Source: Candidatus Bathyarchaeota archaeon
Lineage (GTDB): Archaea > Thermoproteota > Bathyarchaeia > Bathyarchaeales > Bathycorpusculaceae
Length of the DNA stretch: 64,000 bases
NCBI GenBank assembly: GCA_963715865.1
Contig: OY970280.1
Location: 160,001 to 224,000 of the forward strand
Reading direction: 5' to 3'
Shown here: positions 1 to 10,705 of the stretch, in pieces
Numbering within the stretch: the first letter of the stretch is position 1
Layout: each line of letters opens with the position of its first letter
Position numbers and translations under genes: made by a program
The notes under the pieces: model-generated
What the model saw: the letters and a program-made list of their open reading frames with translations, nothing else
Database searches by the model: none
Told to the model about the DNA's origin: nothing

Positions 1-460
1 AGGTGTTTCATATTCAGAGATTAGACAGGCTTTTGAAAGAGTTAGAGAAAAGTGCGGCTGCCAAGTAGTGGGCTTCGGAGATATGACTACCAAAGAACTA
101 TCAGAAGACAGCGGGTTGACAATTGAACTCGCAAAACTTGCTAAGCAAAGAGAGTATACCGAACCTTTTCGCATAAAAGAAGGGCAAGAAGAAACGGTTT
201 TTGATGCAATCCGGAAAGAACATTTAAGCTGCATTAAGGGTGGAAAGTACTATCATTTGGTTGGGAATCATGACAAAGCAAAGGCAACAATCATTCTAAA
301 AAATTTATATGCTCAAGAGCTTGACGAATTGGTAACTATTGGGGTTGGAGATCAGTTGAACGATTTGGGGATGCTGCAAGTCGTTGACAAGCCTTTTCTG
401 GTTAGAGGAAACAAGTTATTGTTGGTGTGGGAAAATATTCTAAAGACTGTCCTTCGCTGA
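1..460 (+). CDS. mpgP: Mannosyl-3-phosphoglycerate phosphatase-like HAD IIB hydrolase, 5' part outside window
   Basis: Frame is open from base 2 (GVSYSEIRQAFERV...VGFGDMT); motifs GGKYYHL, HDKAKA, GVGDQLNDLGML. Confidence 0.7.
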   Translation, partial: GVSYSEIRQAFERVREKCGCQVVGFGDMTTKELSEDSGLTIELAKLAKQREYTEPFRIKEGQEETVFDAIRKEHLSCIKGGKYYHLVGNHDKAKATIILKNLYAQELDELVTIGVGDQLNDLGMLQVVDKPFLVRGNKLLLVWENILKTVLR

Positions 461-617
461 AATTTTTGTGGTTGGAGGATATAGTTCAGATTGTGTCCCT
501 GTAAATTCATTTTTTGCATTCGATGGCAACAGCATTTCTTTTGGAGGTCGTTTTGCAAAACGTTAGTAACGGCTTGCCATTGACATATTCGTTCATGGAA
601 AATATTGTTGATGGACT

Positions 618-920
618 CTATTTTATGAGCAAGGTTACTTGCCCAACTGCAGGGGAGCATATTTTTCTGATGCCTCTTTTTCCTCGTGCGTAGGTTACAT
701 TGAGCAGTTTTAGTTCTTCGAGAAGTTTTACTTGTTCGCTTATGTAGGCCTCGCTTAGCCCCAACCGTTTGCCAATTGTTGAAACATCTAAAGGTTCTTG
801 CCAGAGTAACTGCAACATTCTCATGGTTGTTGAGGTTAGTGCTTCAGCAACTCTGAGGGCTTCTTCACCGGAAACAACAATTTCCTTTTTTGACTGGGAG
901 TTTTCTTCTTTTGCAAGCAT
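618..920 (-). CDS. Small ArsR-like HTH transcriptional regulator (paralog of 27357..27647)
   Basis: wHTH pattern STIGKRLGLSEAYISEQVKLLEELKLL, GKRGIRKIC. Confidence 0.75.
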   Translation of the reverse strand: MLAKEENSQSKKEIVVSGEEALRVAEALTSTTMRMLQLLWQEPLDVSTIGKRLGLSEAYISEQVKLLEELKLLNVTYARGKRGIRKICSPAVGQVTLLIK

Positions 921-1584
921 ACAATCTTTTTCCAGTTATACTAATTCCTAATAGAGATACTAACCAAGTTTATCTATATATTCTGTTTGTCTAACCAGTG
1001 AGTTGTCGGCTAATTCTAAGTCATCCATCACGTCTATTCCATGTCTCCTTTGGCAGTACTCTAAGCTTCCACGACAAAGTCTGATAGAGCCCCACAGAAC
1101 CATAATCGACTAGAGCCAAATCGAACAGCTCCAACTAACGTAGCTAACAACCGCGCTTAAGCAACAAATACTTAGAGAAATCCGCGAAAATCAACCCGAA
1201 AAAAGTATGAATTCACGCCTGGGCAAAAGTAGCCCAGGAGAGACCTGTGCATATGCTCACATATACCATTTTTTTGACCAGCTAACTTATCTGATAGAAT
1301 CTGCCGAAGGATTGCAACGTCTATTTCGGGGGTTCTCTTGATCGCAACTATCTAACAAGCAGTGTTGTTTTGTCGGATAGCCGACATTATTGCTGGTTCC
1401 TCTTGTTCTGGAAATCAATTAAAACAATCGGAACCATAAAATGAAATTATTATGAAAACCGCTCAAGCGTCTTTATGTTTGCTTAGACAGATTGATTAAG
1501 GACTTTGGAGAATTAGAAAACAAGCTTCAAAGAAGTTGCAGCGAAAGGTAGGCGGTTGATCTGGTTCCCAGTATTGAGCTCGTT

Positions 1585-3108
1585 GTGGCGGCGTTCCTGC
1601 TTATGGCTTTCTTAGCTGCGGTTCTATCTAATAGGCTTAGGATACCGTACACTCTGGTTTTGGTCTTAGCAGGGGTTGTAATCACCGTGGTAGCGTCTTC
1701 GCTTACCATGCAAGGAGGATCTTTCCAGAACCTGATTTCTCAATTGAGATCAATCTGCGCTCAGCTTCTCCAAGGTGGCGGAGGGGGTCTTTTCGTGGGC
1801 TTCGTTGTTCCCCCATTAATATTCGAAGCCATGATTCACCTTCGCGCCAGTGATCTTAGGGCTGTAATCAAGCCTTCGTTAGCCCTAGCAACCGTAGGCG
1901 TCTTGATAGCGACTTCTGTTGGGGGGCTTCTCTTGTGGAAGGGCGTCGGTCTTTCGCCGTACGTTTCTTTTCTTTTCGCCGCGCTGATTGCCCCCACAGA
2001 CGCGGTTACGGTTTTGGAGGTTTTTCGACGGGTCAAGGTTCCTTCAAAACTATCTACGCTGCTCGACACCGAAGCGGCGTTCAACGACGCCACAGGCATC
2101 GTCCTCTTCACAATAATCCTTTCAACTATCGGTCTTCAAAAGGTCGTGGTAACGCAAACAATACTTAATTTCGGGTTCACCCTTGGCGCAGGCGTCTTAA
2201 TCGGATTGGCAGTCGCGTTCCTAGGCGAAGTGCTCTCAAGCTTGATAGAGGACAGAGTGGCCGAAACCATCTTGGCGGTCGCGGTGGTGTACGGGTCGTA
2301 CGCTTTAGCAACAGGAATAGGCGCCTCAGGGCTAATAGCGGTCGCCGTGGCAGGGTTGTACTTTGGCAACTTCACGATGCGGTCCGCAATGAAACCAGCT
2401 TCCAGAGAAGCCGTGACGAGCTTCTGGGAGATAGCAGCTTTCCTCGGCAACTCGATAGCGTTTCTAATCCTCGGTTTCGAGACAAACATTATCACTCTTT
2501 CGCAATCAGTTCTGATCATTGTGGTCGCCTACGCCGCAGTAACCATAGCCAGAGCCGCCACGGTGTACCCAATACTCGCTGTGTTCAACAAATTCGGCGA
2601 AAAAATATCCGCGGTCTGGCGCAACGTGGCCATGCTTGGCGGAGTCCGAGGTGCCTTGTCCATAGCGCTAGTGGCCACGATAACTGCTTCCGCAGTCATT
2701 TCTCAGGGAGATATCAACACCATAGACACAATGGTGCTGGGTGTAGCCTTTATCTCAATCGTGTTCCAGGTGCCTTTGCTGTTCCGTTACGTAAGGAAAA
2801 AAATACCGCAAACCGACACCTTGCCAGAAACAGAAATTGACGAACAATTCGAGTTAATATCCTCGCACATGGAAGAATTGAGAAAACTAAAATCAGAAGG
2901 CAAAATATCTAATGAAGAATTCACAAAAAGAATAGAAGAAAACAAAAAGAAACTTGACGAGTTAATCGCAACCTCGCCTGTTACGGTCGAAACAAGAAAA
3001 ATTGTCCTCGCAAGAGCCTCCGCGTTATACGCTTCTTTCCCAAAAATGCCCAAGCGCAAAACCAAAGACAAAAACAAAGAAGCAAAAACTAAAACAGTAG
3101 ACGACTAG
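1585..3108 (+). CDS. nhaP: CPA1 (NhaP-type) Na+(K+)/H+ antiporter with charged C-terminal tail
   Basis: PPLIFEA, IAPTDAV, EAAFNDATGIV, GGVRGALSIAL; ~12 TM segments. Confidence 0.92.
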   Translation: MAAFLLMAFLAAVLSNRLRIPYTLVLVLAGVVITVVASSLTMQGGSFQNLISQLRSICAQLLQGGGGGLFVGFVVPPLIFEAMIHLRASDLRAVIKPSLALATVGVLIATSVGGLLLWKGVGLSPYVSFLFAALIAPTDAVTVLEVFRRVKVPSKLSTLLDTEAAFNDATGIVLFTIILSTIGLQKVVVTQTILNFGFTLGAGVLIGLAVAFLGEVLSSLIEDRVAETILAVAVVYGSYALATGIGASGLIAVAVAGLYFGNFTMRSAMKPASREAVTSFWEIAAFLGNSIAFLILGFETNIITLSQSVLIIVVAYAAVTIARAATVYPILAVFNKFGEKISAVWRNVAMLGGVRGALSIALVATITASAVISQGDINTIDTMVLGVAFISIVFQVPLLFRYVRKKIPQTDTLPETEIDEQFELISSHMEELRKLKSEGKISNEEFTKRIEENKKKLDELIATSPVTVETRKIVLARASALYASFPKMPKRKTKDKNKEAKTKTVDD

Positions 3109-3539
3109 CTGCACTATCCATTTCGGCGCTACAAAATGCCTATAGCAGATGACATTTTAGACAAGTTGAAAACTCAAAAATAAAAAGAAGGTATGTGCGT
3201 CCGCTTGCTCGTTTGTGATTGCTGGTCTACAACGGCAAATCATTAAAAAACCATTTAGCTTGTAATGGGTGCTCCTAAAATGGTGTAATCTGGTTTTAAA
3301 TCCGCCTTGCAAATTTCTATTATGGATTTTTTCGATAAGCAGATTTTTGGCATTACTTGGCGATGGCAAGCTCAAGGTTCTCTGCCCAACTGCTGGAATA
3401 GATGGATTTTAGCAGAATGGAATTAAGTCGCATCTTAAGCGTCTGATATCCCCAAGGCTTGGTGATAAAAAAGAAAAAGTCATCAAACGGAAAAGGAAGG
3501 CATGCATGCGCGTTAAAATTGGCCGATCAAAGAAGCTTT

Positions 3540-4049
3540 CTATTTTTTCTGTTTCTTTCTCTTTCGTCTGAGTTTGTCAACAATGTCAGCTTGTTCGGTA
3601 GGGAAATAGTATGGCACGGTACCATAGGAACTAGGAGAGACTCCTCGTGATTTCCTTTTTAGTTTTCTTTTACCTCTCCTCTTCGCAATACGTTCTTTGA
3701 TTTTCACTGTCAATGCGTTTGAAATCAGCTGATTCAATTTTTCCACGAGTTTCTCAGCATCTTCTTTGCGTTCAAGCGGAATGACAATATTCCGATGATG
3801 AGGGAGGCTTACATTGATTTTTCCGGTCTCGTCCATATGCACAGAATCTATGTCGCTTACGCGAATGTGCAACGGAACAAATATGCCAAATATCCTGCCA
3901 ATCGTTTCTTTGAGAACTGGTTTATTTTCTAGTGCTTCTTCGATTTCGTTCTTGAAACTTCCTTTCAAGTCTATTTTGAGTAGATCATTGTAGAGTCTAA
4001 TTGTGAAATGGGGATTCTCAACTTCCAGAACTATGATTGTTCTAGGCAT
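3540..4049 (-). CDS. Hypothetical protein with basic C-terminus (duplicate of 53395..53904)
   Basis: 169 aa ORF; near-identical second copy supports coding status. Confidence 0.75.
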   Translation of the reverse strand: MPRTIIVLEVENPHFTIRLYNDLLKIDLKGSFKNEIEEALENKPVLKETIGRIFGIFVPLHIRVSDIDSVHMDETGKINVSLPHHRNIVIPLERKEDAEKLVEKLNQLISNALTVKIKERIAKRRGKRKLKRKSRGVSPSSYGTVPYYFPTEQADIVDKLRRKRKKQKK

Positions 4050-4320
4050 TCTATGTCCTACCTATTAAGCGTGCTAACAGATGGACATTGAAGATTTTAT
4101 ACTTACCTTCTCGTGTTGCGTCAACCAAACTAAACTTCTTTAAAAATCGTTAGGGGTCGTCTGAGTTAAGACAAATACAGTGTTGGAAGTACGCAGCTCT
4201 TGCCTTGTTTAGCAAGAGGCAATTCACTTAGGTAGTTTCAGCGGAGTCACGCTTTTCAGCTTGCTTTATGACGCTGACTAGCTTTCAAAAACTAGCACAG
4301 CCAGAAAACCTTGATTGGAC

Positions 4321-5010
4321 TTAATAGTATTGCTTCAATGGGTTTCGTGGGTCCGTCGCCAACTTTACAGACGACGGGACCACAACGCTGGGCCAATCCG
4401 CTTCGAGTCTGCGTTCCTCGACTTCGTCAACATTGACGCGGTGTATGTGAAGAGCATATTCCATCGCTTGGTCCTGCGGGTTCTCAAGTTGAAGCATCTG
4501 CTTAAGGCTTAAGTGTTCAAAGACTCGCCTAATCGGGCGCATTGAGTTGCCATGGCACGAGATAGCCACATTACCCGTCTTCTGTTGAAGCCACCTTTCA
4601 AGCTGCACGACAAAGGGCAAAGTGCGGCTCTCAACCATTTTCATGCTTTCACCTTCAGGGGGCGGAAAATCGTAACCGCGGTGAACTTTGGCAAACCACT
4701 CGGGTTTTTCGGCTGCAATCTCGATCTTGCTTTTGCCCTGCAACGTACCATAACAACGTTCTATCAGGCGGTCGTCCATGAAAACAGGAACGTTAAGGTG
4801 CGGTTTTAGGACAATTTCAAGGGTTCTTTTGGCTCTCAAAAGGTGTGATGTAAATGCGTAGTCAATTTTTTCTTGTTCCAGCTGTTGAGCAATCTCCTGC
4901 GCCTGTAAGACTCCTTTTGGAGTAAGGTCTGGGTCGCGCCAGCCTGAGAATATTTGGTGGCTGTTATCGGTAGTCTCAGCGTGTCTAAAGACGAACAGAT
5001 TACAGATCAT
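4321..5010 (-). CDS. gpmA: Cofactor-dependent phosphoglycerate mutase (histidine phosphatase family)
   Basis: FRHAET, FSGWRDPDLT, LIERCYG, PPEGES, CHGNSMR. Confidence 0.85.
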   Translation of the reverse strand: MICNLFVFRHAETTDNSHQIFSGWRDPDLTPKGVLQAQEIAQQLEQEKIDYAFTSHLLRAKRTLEIVLKPHLNVPVFMDDRLIERCYGTLQGKSKIEIAAEKPEWFAKVHRGYDFPPPEGESMKMVESRTLPFVVQLERWLQQKTGNVAISCHGNSMRPIRRVFEHLSLKQMLQLENPQDQAMEYALHIHRVNVDEVEERRLEADWPSVVVPSSVKLATDPRNPLKQYY

Positions 5011-5041
5011 AATCTATTTTCACCAAAAAAATGTTCAGCCC

Positions 5042-6418
5042 TCAGGAAGACGCAAATTCTCTCAACTCTTTTATTTTATGTATCTCTATTGAGTTGCTGG
5101 CATGTTCCATTGTGGTTCTCATAGCCTCAGTGAACAAGACAGTTTCTTCATCATCCAATAGTTGCATTTCATGAAGTTGGTTTGCAACTGCAGATATTCG
5201 GTCTTTTTCTTCGCGGTAGTTTATCAGAACGGGGTACACGCCGAACGTGAGTTCCAGTTGTTTTTTGACTTTGATTTCAGGAGTGACAGCAATTATCGGC
5301 TGTGCAATCTTGAAGCGAGCTATCATTCGGGCCGTGTAGCCTGATCGCGTCAAAGGGATAACTTTGTGAACCGGCATACTTTGACATATTCTCTGGATTG
5401 CCCTGCTCACCGTGTCAGAAATGTTGATAAACGGAGTTTCTTCAACGTTGCTCTTGACGGCTTTCTCTGTTTCATTCGCTATACGAGTCATCATCTCAAC
5501 GGCATCCACAGGATACTGACCAACCGCTGTTTCTCCAGAAAGCATAACAGCGTCTGACCCGTCTAGTATAGCGTTTGCAATATCGCTGACTTCAGCCCTG
5601 GTTGGACTTGGTTGATGAATCATCGATTCAAGCATCTCTGTCGCAGTGACAACAAGCTTACCCTTCTGATTGCATAATTTGATGAGGGATTTCTGAACCA
5701 AAGGCACTCTTTCAGGTTCGATTTCAACGCCCAAGTCGCCTCTTGCAACCATTAATCCACTAGCGGCTTCTAAAATCCCTTCGACGTTTTGAACACCCTC
5801 AAAGTTCTCAATCTTTGCGATTATTCCGCCTGCAAAACCATTGGTCTGAGACAAGTTTTTCACGTCTTCTGCATTCCTTGTGAATGAAAGCGCAACGTAT
5901 TCGACGTCATGTTTTTCTGCAAACCTTATGATCTCCAAGTCCTTCTCAGGGAAAGTTGGAACTGAAAGATGCTTATTGGGAATGTTAACGCCTTTTCCAT
6001 CTTCTATTACGCCGCTGTCCAAGGTCAGAAGCCGAAGTTTTTGATCTTTCTTTTCAATTACTCGTGTTCTAATCTTTCCATTATCGATATATACTTCGTC
6101 ATCAACCTCCATTTCGTCATAGAAATCGTGATTGAAACAGACTTCTTCTCCGTCGAAGCCTACTTCCAAAATGTCTCCTTTACTGAAGACCTTTCGTTGA
6201 GATGCCCTGATTCTAATTTCTGGTCCTTTGATGTCAATTATTATGGGGATATCCGCAATTTCCCGTACTGTTTCTATAACCGACTGGTATTGAGCGAGAT
6301 TTCCATAAGCGGTATTTATTCTTGCGCCGTTCATGCCCGCTTGGAACATTTTTTCAATCGTTTGCTTTGAAGAGCTGGCGGGACCCACAGTGCATATTAT
6401 CTTTGTTTTCTTCAACAA
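5042..6418 (-). CDS. pyk: Pyruvate kinase
   Basis: KTKIICTVGPAS, DIKGPEIR, IAKIEN, MVARGDLGVE, ATEMLESM, PTRAEVSD, MLSGETA. Confidence 0.97.
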   Translation of the reverse strand: MLKKTKIICTVGPASSSKQTIEKMFQAGMNGARINTAYGNLAQYQSVIETVREIADIPIIIDIKGPEIRIRASQRKVFSKGDILEVGFDGEEVCFNHDFYDEMEVDDEVYIDNGKIRTRVIEKKDQKLRLLTLDSGVIEDGKGVNIPNKHLSVPTFPEKDLEIIRFAEKHDVEYVALSFTRNAEDVKNLSQTNGFAGGIIAKIENFEGVQNVEGILEAASGLMVARGDLGVEIEPERVPLVQKSLIKLCNQKGKLVVTATEMLESMIHQPSPTRAEVSDIANAILDGSDAVMLSGETAVGQYPVDAVEMMTRIANETEKAVKSNVEETPFINISDTVSRAIQRICQSMPVHKVIPLTRSGYTARMIARFKIAQPIIAVTPEIKVKKQLELTFGVYPVLINYREEKDRISAVANQLHEMQLLDDEETVLFTEAMRTTMEHASNSIEIHKIKELREFASS

Positions 6419-6722
6419 AACGTCTCCTCGCGCATTCTAAAATACGACACATTCCAAGTTAAGGTTAACGGCTAGTAATTCAGGCTGGAAATTGGAAATT
6501 TGGTTACGGCTTTTTTCAGAGAGAATTAATTAAAAAGAGAAAATTTCATTGTAACAGGAATTGACGAAACCATCGGGCTATATGACAGCACGTTATAGAA
6601 CCTCCGTGAACCACAGGTTGCTATTGACGAAACTATCGCTTCAGTGAAGAACGACAAGACGCATTTTTGAGAAATTCGGCAAATTTATTTATTCAATTAG
6701 CCATCATAATAACCTGAGAACA

Positions 6723-7148
6723 ATGCCCAAAGTAAAAGATTTTATGACCAAGGGTGTGCTAACCATTGACAAAGACAAAACCATCGTCGAAGCCGCAGAA
6801 CTTATGGCCCAAAAAGAAGTCGGGGACATATTGGTCTTGGACGGCGAAATACCCCGAGGAATAGTCACCGAAAGAGACTTCGTAAGACGCGTAGTAGCCA
6901 AAAGAAAACCACTAGACACCAAAATTTCAGACATAATGACCAAACCCCTCATAACCATCGGCCCAGAAGCCTCACTAAACGTGGCAGCCAGAAGAATGGT
7001 TAACAACAAAATAAGAAGACTTCCCGTCATGAAACAACACAAACTCATCGGAATAATAGCTGTTTCCGACTTCGCAAAACACCTCAGCAAAAAAACGCTC
7101 TCCGAAAGCGTACTCGAAGCCATATGGCGCTATCCCACATCCCAATAA
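6723..7148 (+). CDS. Stand-alone CBS-pair protein
   Basis: VKDFMTK, GIVTERD, IRRLPV, IGII; paralog of 15349..15780. Confidence 0.92.
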   Translation: MPKVKDFMTKGVLTIDKDKTIVEAAELMAQKEVGDILVLDGEIPRGIVTERDFVRRVVAKRKPLDTKISDIMTKPLITIGPEASLNVAARRMVNNKIRRLPVMKQHKLIGIIAVSDFAKHLSKKTLSESVLEAIWRYPTSQ

Positions 7149-7301
7149 CTCGTTCAGTTTAGCGAATGCCTCGGCCTTACATAAATCGAAAGCGACTTTT
7201 CTTTTAGGAAAACGGGGATTCTAAAAGGTCACCTTGCGCGCTAAATGAAGATGATGGCGTATTCATAAGAACTAAATAAGTAAGATGCGTAAGAATTTGT
7301 T

Positions 7302-8339
7302 GTGCGAACATTTAGAGATTTCATAGATATCCTTGCGTATACGCCGTATTATATTGTCAAGGCTATTTGGATTCAGCTTTCAGTGCTAGCATCCATGTTT
7401 GTTTTCGGAGCCCTAATTTTCATGCGGTATCAAGGTCTCGACCCTTTGACGGCTCTTCTCGGCGCTGTCTCAACGATTACCACAATCGGAATCTATGCGC
7501 CCAATATTATTACGATGCCTGTGCTTGAAAAAGTACTTCTAATAGTAGGCATCATAGTAAGCGTAGGATCAGCAGCTTCTCTTCTTCAAGCGACGTTTAC
7601 TGCTGCCATGAAAAGAGAACTACTCTCCCAAGCTCTCGCAACAAGGAAGATAAACAGAATGAAGAATCACGTAATCGTAGTCGGCTACAAATTCCTAGGC
7701 AAATACGTCGCCGAAGGCTTAAAGTCAATAGGTTCCGAGTTTGTAGTCATAGCAAAAGATAACGATCAACTTGAAACGCTCAGAAAAGAAGGCGTAGAAG
7801 CAGTAGGCGGACCAACGACACATATCTACGAAACCCTGAAAAAAGCCGGCGTAGAGAGAGCTTCCCATTTGATATCCACTTTCGATGACGACGGAGACAA
7901 CATGCTTACCATCTTAACCGCAAAGAAGCTTAACAAAAACATTCATGCTGTGTCAATAATCAACGATAAGGAACTATTAGAAAGCGCCAAAGCCGCTGGA
8001 GCAGATACTGTGGCACCAATTTACGACATGATAGGGAAAATGCTTGCATCTTCGACAATTTCGAATGAAGTAGCAGGCATAGTTCTGTCTGAGAAACTAA
8101 AATCTAAATACGTTGTTGGATTCGAAATAACTTCCCCTGGCCTAAAATACGGGGACATAGATAGAGGCGACCCAATATTACTAGTTTACAGAAATAATGA
8201 AATAATTCATAACTTGACCGCAGACTTTGAACTCCAAAAAGGAGACTTCGTCTACGTGCTTGCCGATAACCAGTCTGCGGCATCTTTCAAAAAGAGACTG
8301 GACTTACTATCCTCAAGAAACAAGAATTCAAATCAATAG
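7302..8339 (+). CDS. MthK-like 2TM ion channel with RCK (TrkA-N/C) domain
   Basis: Two TM helices around pore TITTIGIY, then NHVIVVGY, DDDGDNMLTILTAKKLN, AGADTV. Confidence 0.85.
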   Translation: MRTFRDFIDILAYTPYYIVKAIWIQLSVLASMFVFGALIFMRYQGLDPLTALLGAVSTITTIGIYAPNIITMPVLEKVLLIVGIIVSVGSAASLLQATFTAAMKRELLSQALATRKINRMKNHVIVVGYKFLGKYVAEGLKSIGSEFVVIAKDNDQLETLRKEGVEAVGGPTTHIYETLKKAGVERASHLISTFDDDGDNMLTILTAKKLNKNIHAVSIINDKELLESAKAAGADTVAPIYDMIGKMLASSTISNEVAGIVLSEKLKSKYVVGFEITSPGLKYGDIDRGDPILLVYRNNEIIHNLTADFELQKGDFVYVLADNQSAASFKKRLDLLSSRNKNSNQ

Positions 8340-8474
8340 ATTAATATTCTTTAAGTGTGACTCAGTTGGTTGGCTATTCTATTTGGTCTTTCATTGTTTG
8401 ACTATAGGTTACCCTAATTTTTGTTGAATCTAATCCTACAATAAGTTAATCCAACCGAAAAATAATATTCTATC

Positions 8475-8834
8475 TTGAGTCACTGCAAAGAGTTGAAAAG
8501 TATTCTTGCAAGAGTAGCGTCTTGGGAGTTCAAACCTGACCAGAGAAAGAGCGGTTTTGAGTTGTTAGAAAATTCTGTTTTAGAACTTGTTCAGGGAACG
8601 GAAGGTTTCAGAGGAAGCTTTATTTTGCTCTCACGCGACGATGCGAATTTAGACATCATTTGGAAGAGCGAAAAGTTGGAAAAGTCTTTTGCCGATGGAG
8701 TTTCCAAAATAGCTACCCAAAAACTTGCACCGTTCGTAACAGATCCACCAAAAGCCGCGCATCACATGAACTCAAACAATAATCGCAGCCAAATGCGTTT
8801 GACCGAAGACCATAAGCTGCTTTGCGAAAACTAA
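8475..8834 (+). CDS. Probable ABM (antibiotic biosynthesis monooxygenase)-like ferredoxin-fold protein, possibly degenerate
   Basis: ARVASWEFKPDQR...EGFRGSFILLS...IWKS pattern. Confidence 0.5.
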   Translation: MSHCKELKSILARVASWEFKPDQRKSGFELLENSVLELVQGTEGFRGSFILLSRDDANLDIIWKSEKLEKSFADGVSKIATQKLAPFVTDPPKAAHHMNSNNNRSQMRLTEDHKLLCEN

Positions 8835-8880
8835 TTATCGGTGAGTGCAGCATTTCCTCCTAAAGAGGAGTTGCATTTTT

Positions 8881-10653
8881 ATGTCTGTTAAAGATCCTGT
8901 TTGTGGAATGCCTTTAGACCCATCTAAAACTCAGTTTACCACGAATTTTTTGTCTAGGCAATATTATTTTGACAGCGAGTACTGCATGAGCAGCTTCATT
9001 GAAGGCGCCAAAATTGCTTACTTCTCCATGGAAATCGGCATAAACACTGACATGCCTACCTACAGCGGAGGACTAGGCGTTCTGGCCGGTGACGTGATTA
9101 GATCAAGTGCAGATTTGAGAATTCCGTTAGTTGCAGTGACCTTAATCAGCAAGAAAGGTTATCTCAAGCAAAAAATAACGCCTGATGGATGGCAAATTGA
9201 ATATCCTGAAGTATGGGATCCCTCGAAGTTCATGAAACTATTGCCAGAAACTGCGACCATCAAAATTGCTGGACGAGATGTCAGAATCGGCGTCTGGGTC
9301 TATGAGCAAGAGAGCCTAACGGGCGGAACCATTCCTGTGCTATTCCTTACAACCGATGTTGAAGGGAACACCCAAGAGGATAGGGAAATTACTGATTTTC
9401 TTTACGGCGGCGACGAAAAATACAGATTAAAGCAAGAAATAGTCTTGGGAATAGGCGGCTTACGCGTCCTTGAGGCGTTAAAAATTAATGTTAAGAAATA
9501 TCACATGAACGAAGGTCATTCCAGTCTCCTTACCCTTGAGCTGTTAAAGAACAACGATTTGGACGCTGACAGAGTAAAAAACCGGTGTGTTTTCACTACC
9601 CACACTCCGGTTGCTGCTGCGTTTGACAAATTCTCATACGACCTGCTTTCGGAAGTTCTTGAAACCGAAGTTCCCGAGGAAGTCTTGAAAGAGTTTGGCG
9701 GATCTGACAGATTGAACATGACGCTTCTTGCTCTGAACCTGAGCAAGTACACTAATGGTGTGACCGACGCGCATATGGAATACTCCAGGAAACTTTTTCC
9801 AGGATATCACATACAAGAAATAACTAACGGCGTTCATTCCTACACCTGGACATGCGCATACTTTAGGAAACTATTCGACAAGTATATTCCCCGGTGGGCC
9901 AATGAACCTGAGCTTCTCGTAAGAGTTGACACCATTCCCGATGAGGAGTTATGGGAAGCCCACGTGAAAGCGAAGCAAGATTTACTCGACTTTGTTCACA
10001 CTCGCTCGGGGCTCCAGATGGATATCGACGTTTTAACGTTAGGCTTTGCCAGAAGAGCCACAGAGTACAAACGAGCTACAATGATCTTTTCAGATCTGGA
10101 AAAACTTAAAGAAGTTAAGAGCCAGGACAAGATTCAACTTATTTTCGCTGGAAAGGCGCATCCAAAGGACGAGATGGGAAAAAGCCTCATCAAAGACATT
10201 TACGAGTTTATTGATCGTTTGAAAGGTGAAATCGAAATTGTGTATCTTGAAAATTACAATATGGAAATGGCTGGAAAATTGACTTCGGGCGTTGATGTTT
10301 GGTTGAATACGCCCTTGCCGCCGTATGAGGCTTCTGGAACAAGCGGGATGAAGGCGGCGCACAATGGTGTAGTCAACTTTAGCGTTTTAGATGGGTGGTG
10401 GATAGAGGGCTGCGTGGAAGGTCTCACGGGTTGGGCTATAGGTCCGTCGCCTAATCAATGGCTTAATGAACAAGAAACAAGAAAAAGAGAACTAGCTGAT
10501 CTCTACAATAAGCTGGAGTACCTCATTATCCCAAAATTTTATCAACAAAGGGATAGCTGGATAGGTATGATGAGAAACTCTATAGGAAAAATCGCATATT
10601 ACTTCAATACGCATCGCATGATGCGAAGATACACAACGGACGCCTATCTCTGA
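8881..10653 (+). CDS. glgP: Alpha-glucan (glycogen) phosphorylase with N-terminal YHS domain
   Basis: YFSMEIG, YSGGLGVLAGD, HMNEGH, ITNGVH, FAGKAHP, EASGTSGMKA; N-terminus KDPVCGM...YYFDSEYC; ATG at 8881. Confidence 0.95.
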   Translation: MSVKDPVCGMPLDPSKTQFTTNFLSRQYYFDSEYCMSSFIEGAKIAYFSMEIGINTDMPTYSGGLGVLAGDVIRSSADLRIPLVAVTLISKKGYLKQKITPDGWQIEYPEVWDPSKFMKLLPETATIKIAGRDVRIGVWVYEQESLTGGTIPVLFLTTDVEGNTQEDREITDFLYGGDEKYRLKQEIVLGIGGLRVLEALKINVKKYHMNEGHSSLLTLELLKNNDLDADRVKNRCVFTTHTPVAAAFDKFSYDLLSEVLETEVPEEVLKEFGGSDRLNMTLLALNLSKYTNGVTDAHMEYSRKLFPGYHIQEITNGVHSYTWTCAYFRKLFDKYIPRWANEPELLVRVDTIPDEELWEAHVKAKQDLLDFVHTRSGLQMDIDVLTLGFARRATEYKRATMIFSDLEKLKEVKSQDKIQLIFAGKAHPKDEMGKSLIKDIYEFIDRLKGEIEIVYLENYNMEMAGKLTSGVDVWLNTPLPPYEASGTSGMKAAHNGVVNFSVLDGWWIEGCVEGLTGWAIGPSPNQWLNEQETRKRELADLYNKLEYLIIPKFYQQRDSWIGMMRNSIGKIAYYFNTHRMMRRYTTDAYL

Positions 10654-10705
10654 CACAGCCTTGAAGAATAAAGGGTTCCTGAATTTGTGAGAAGCGGACT
10701 AAGGC

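Noticed and set aside
3355-3430. Fluoride riboswitch-like GGCGATGG start (also the ggagatg repeats)
   Set aside because: The pseudoknot partner and GCTGATG...CTAC 3' elements are absent
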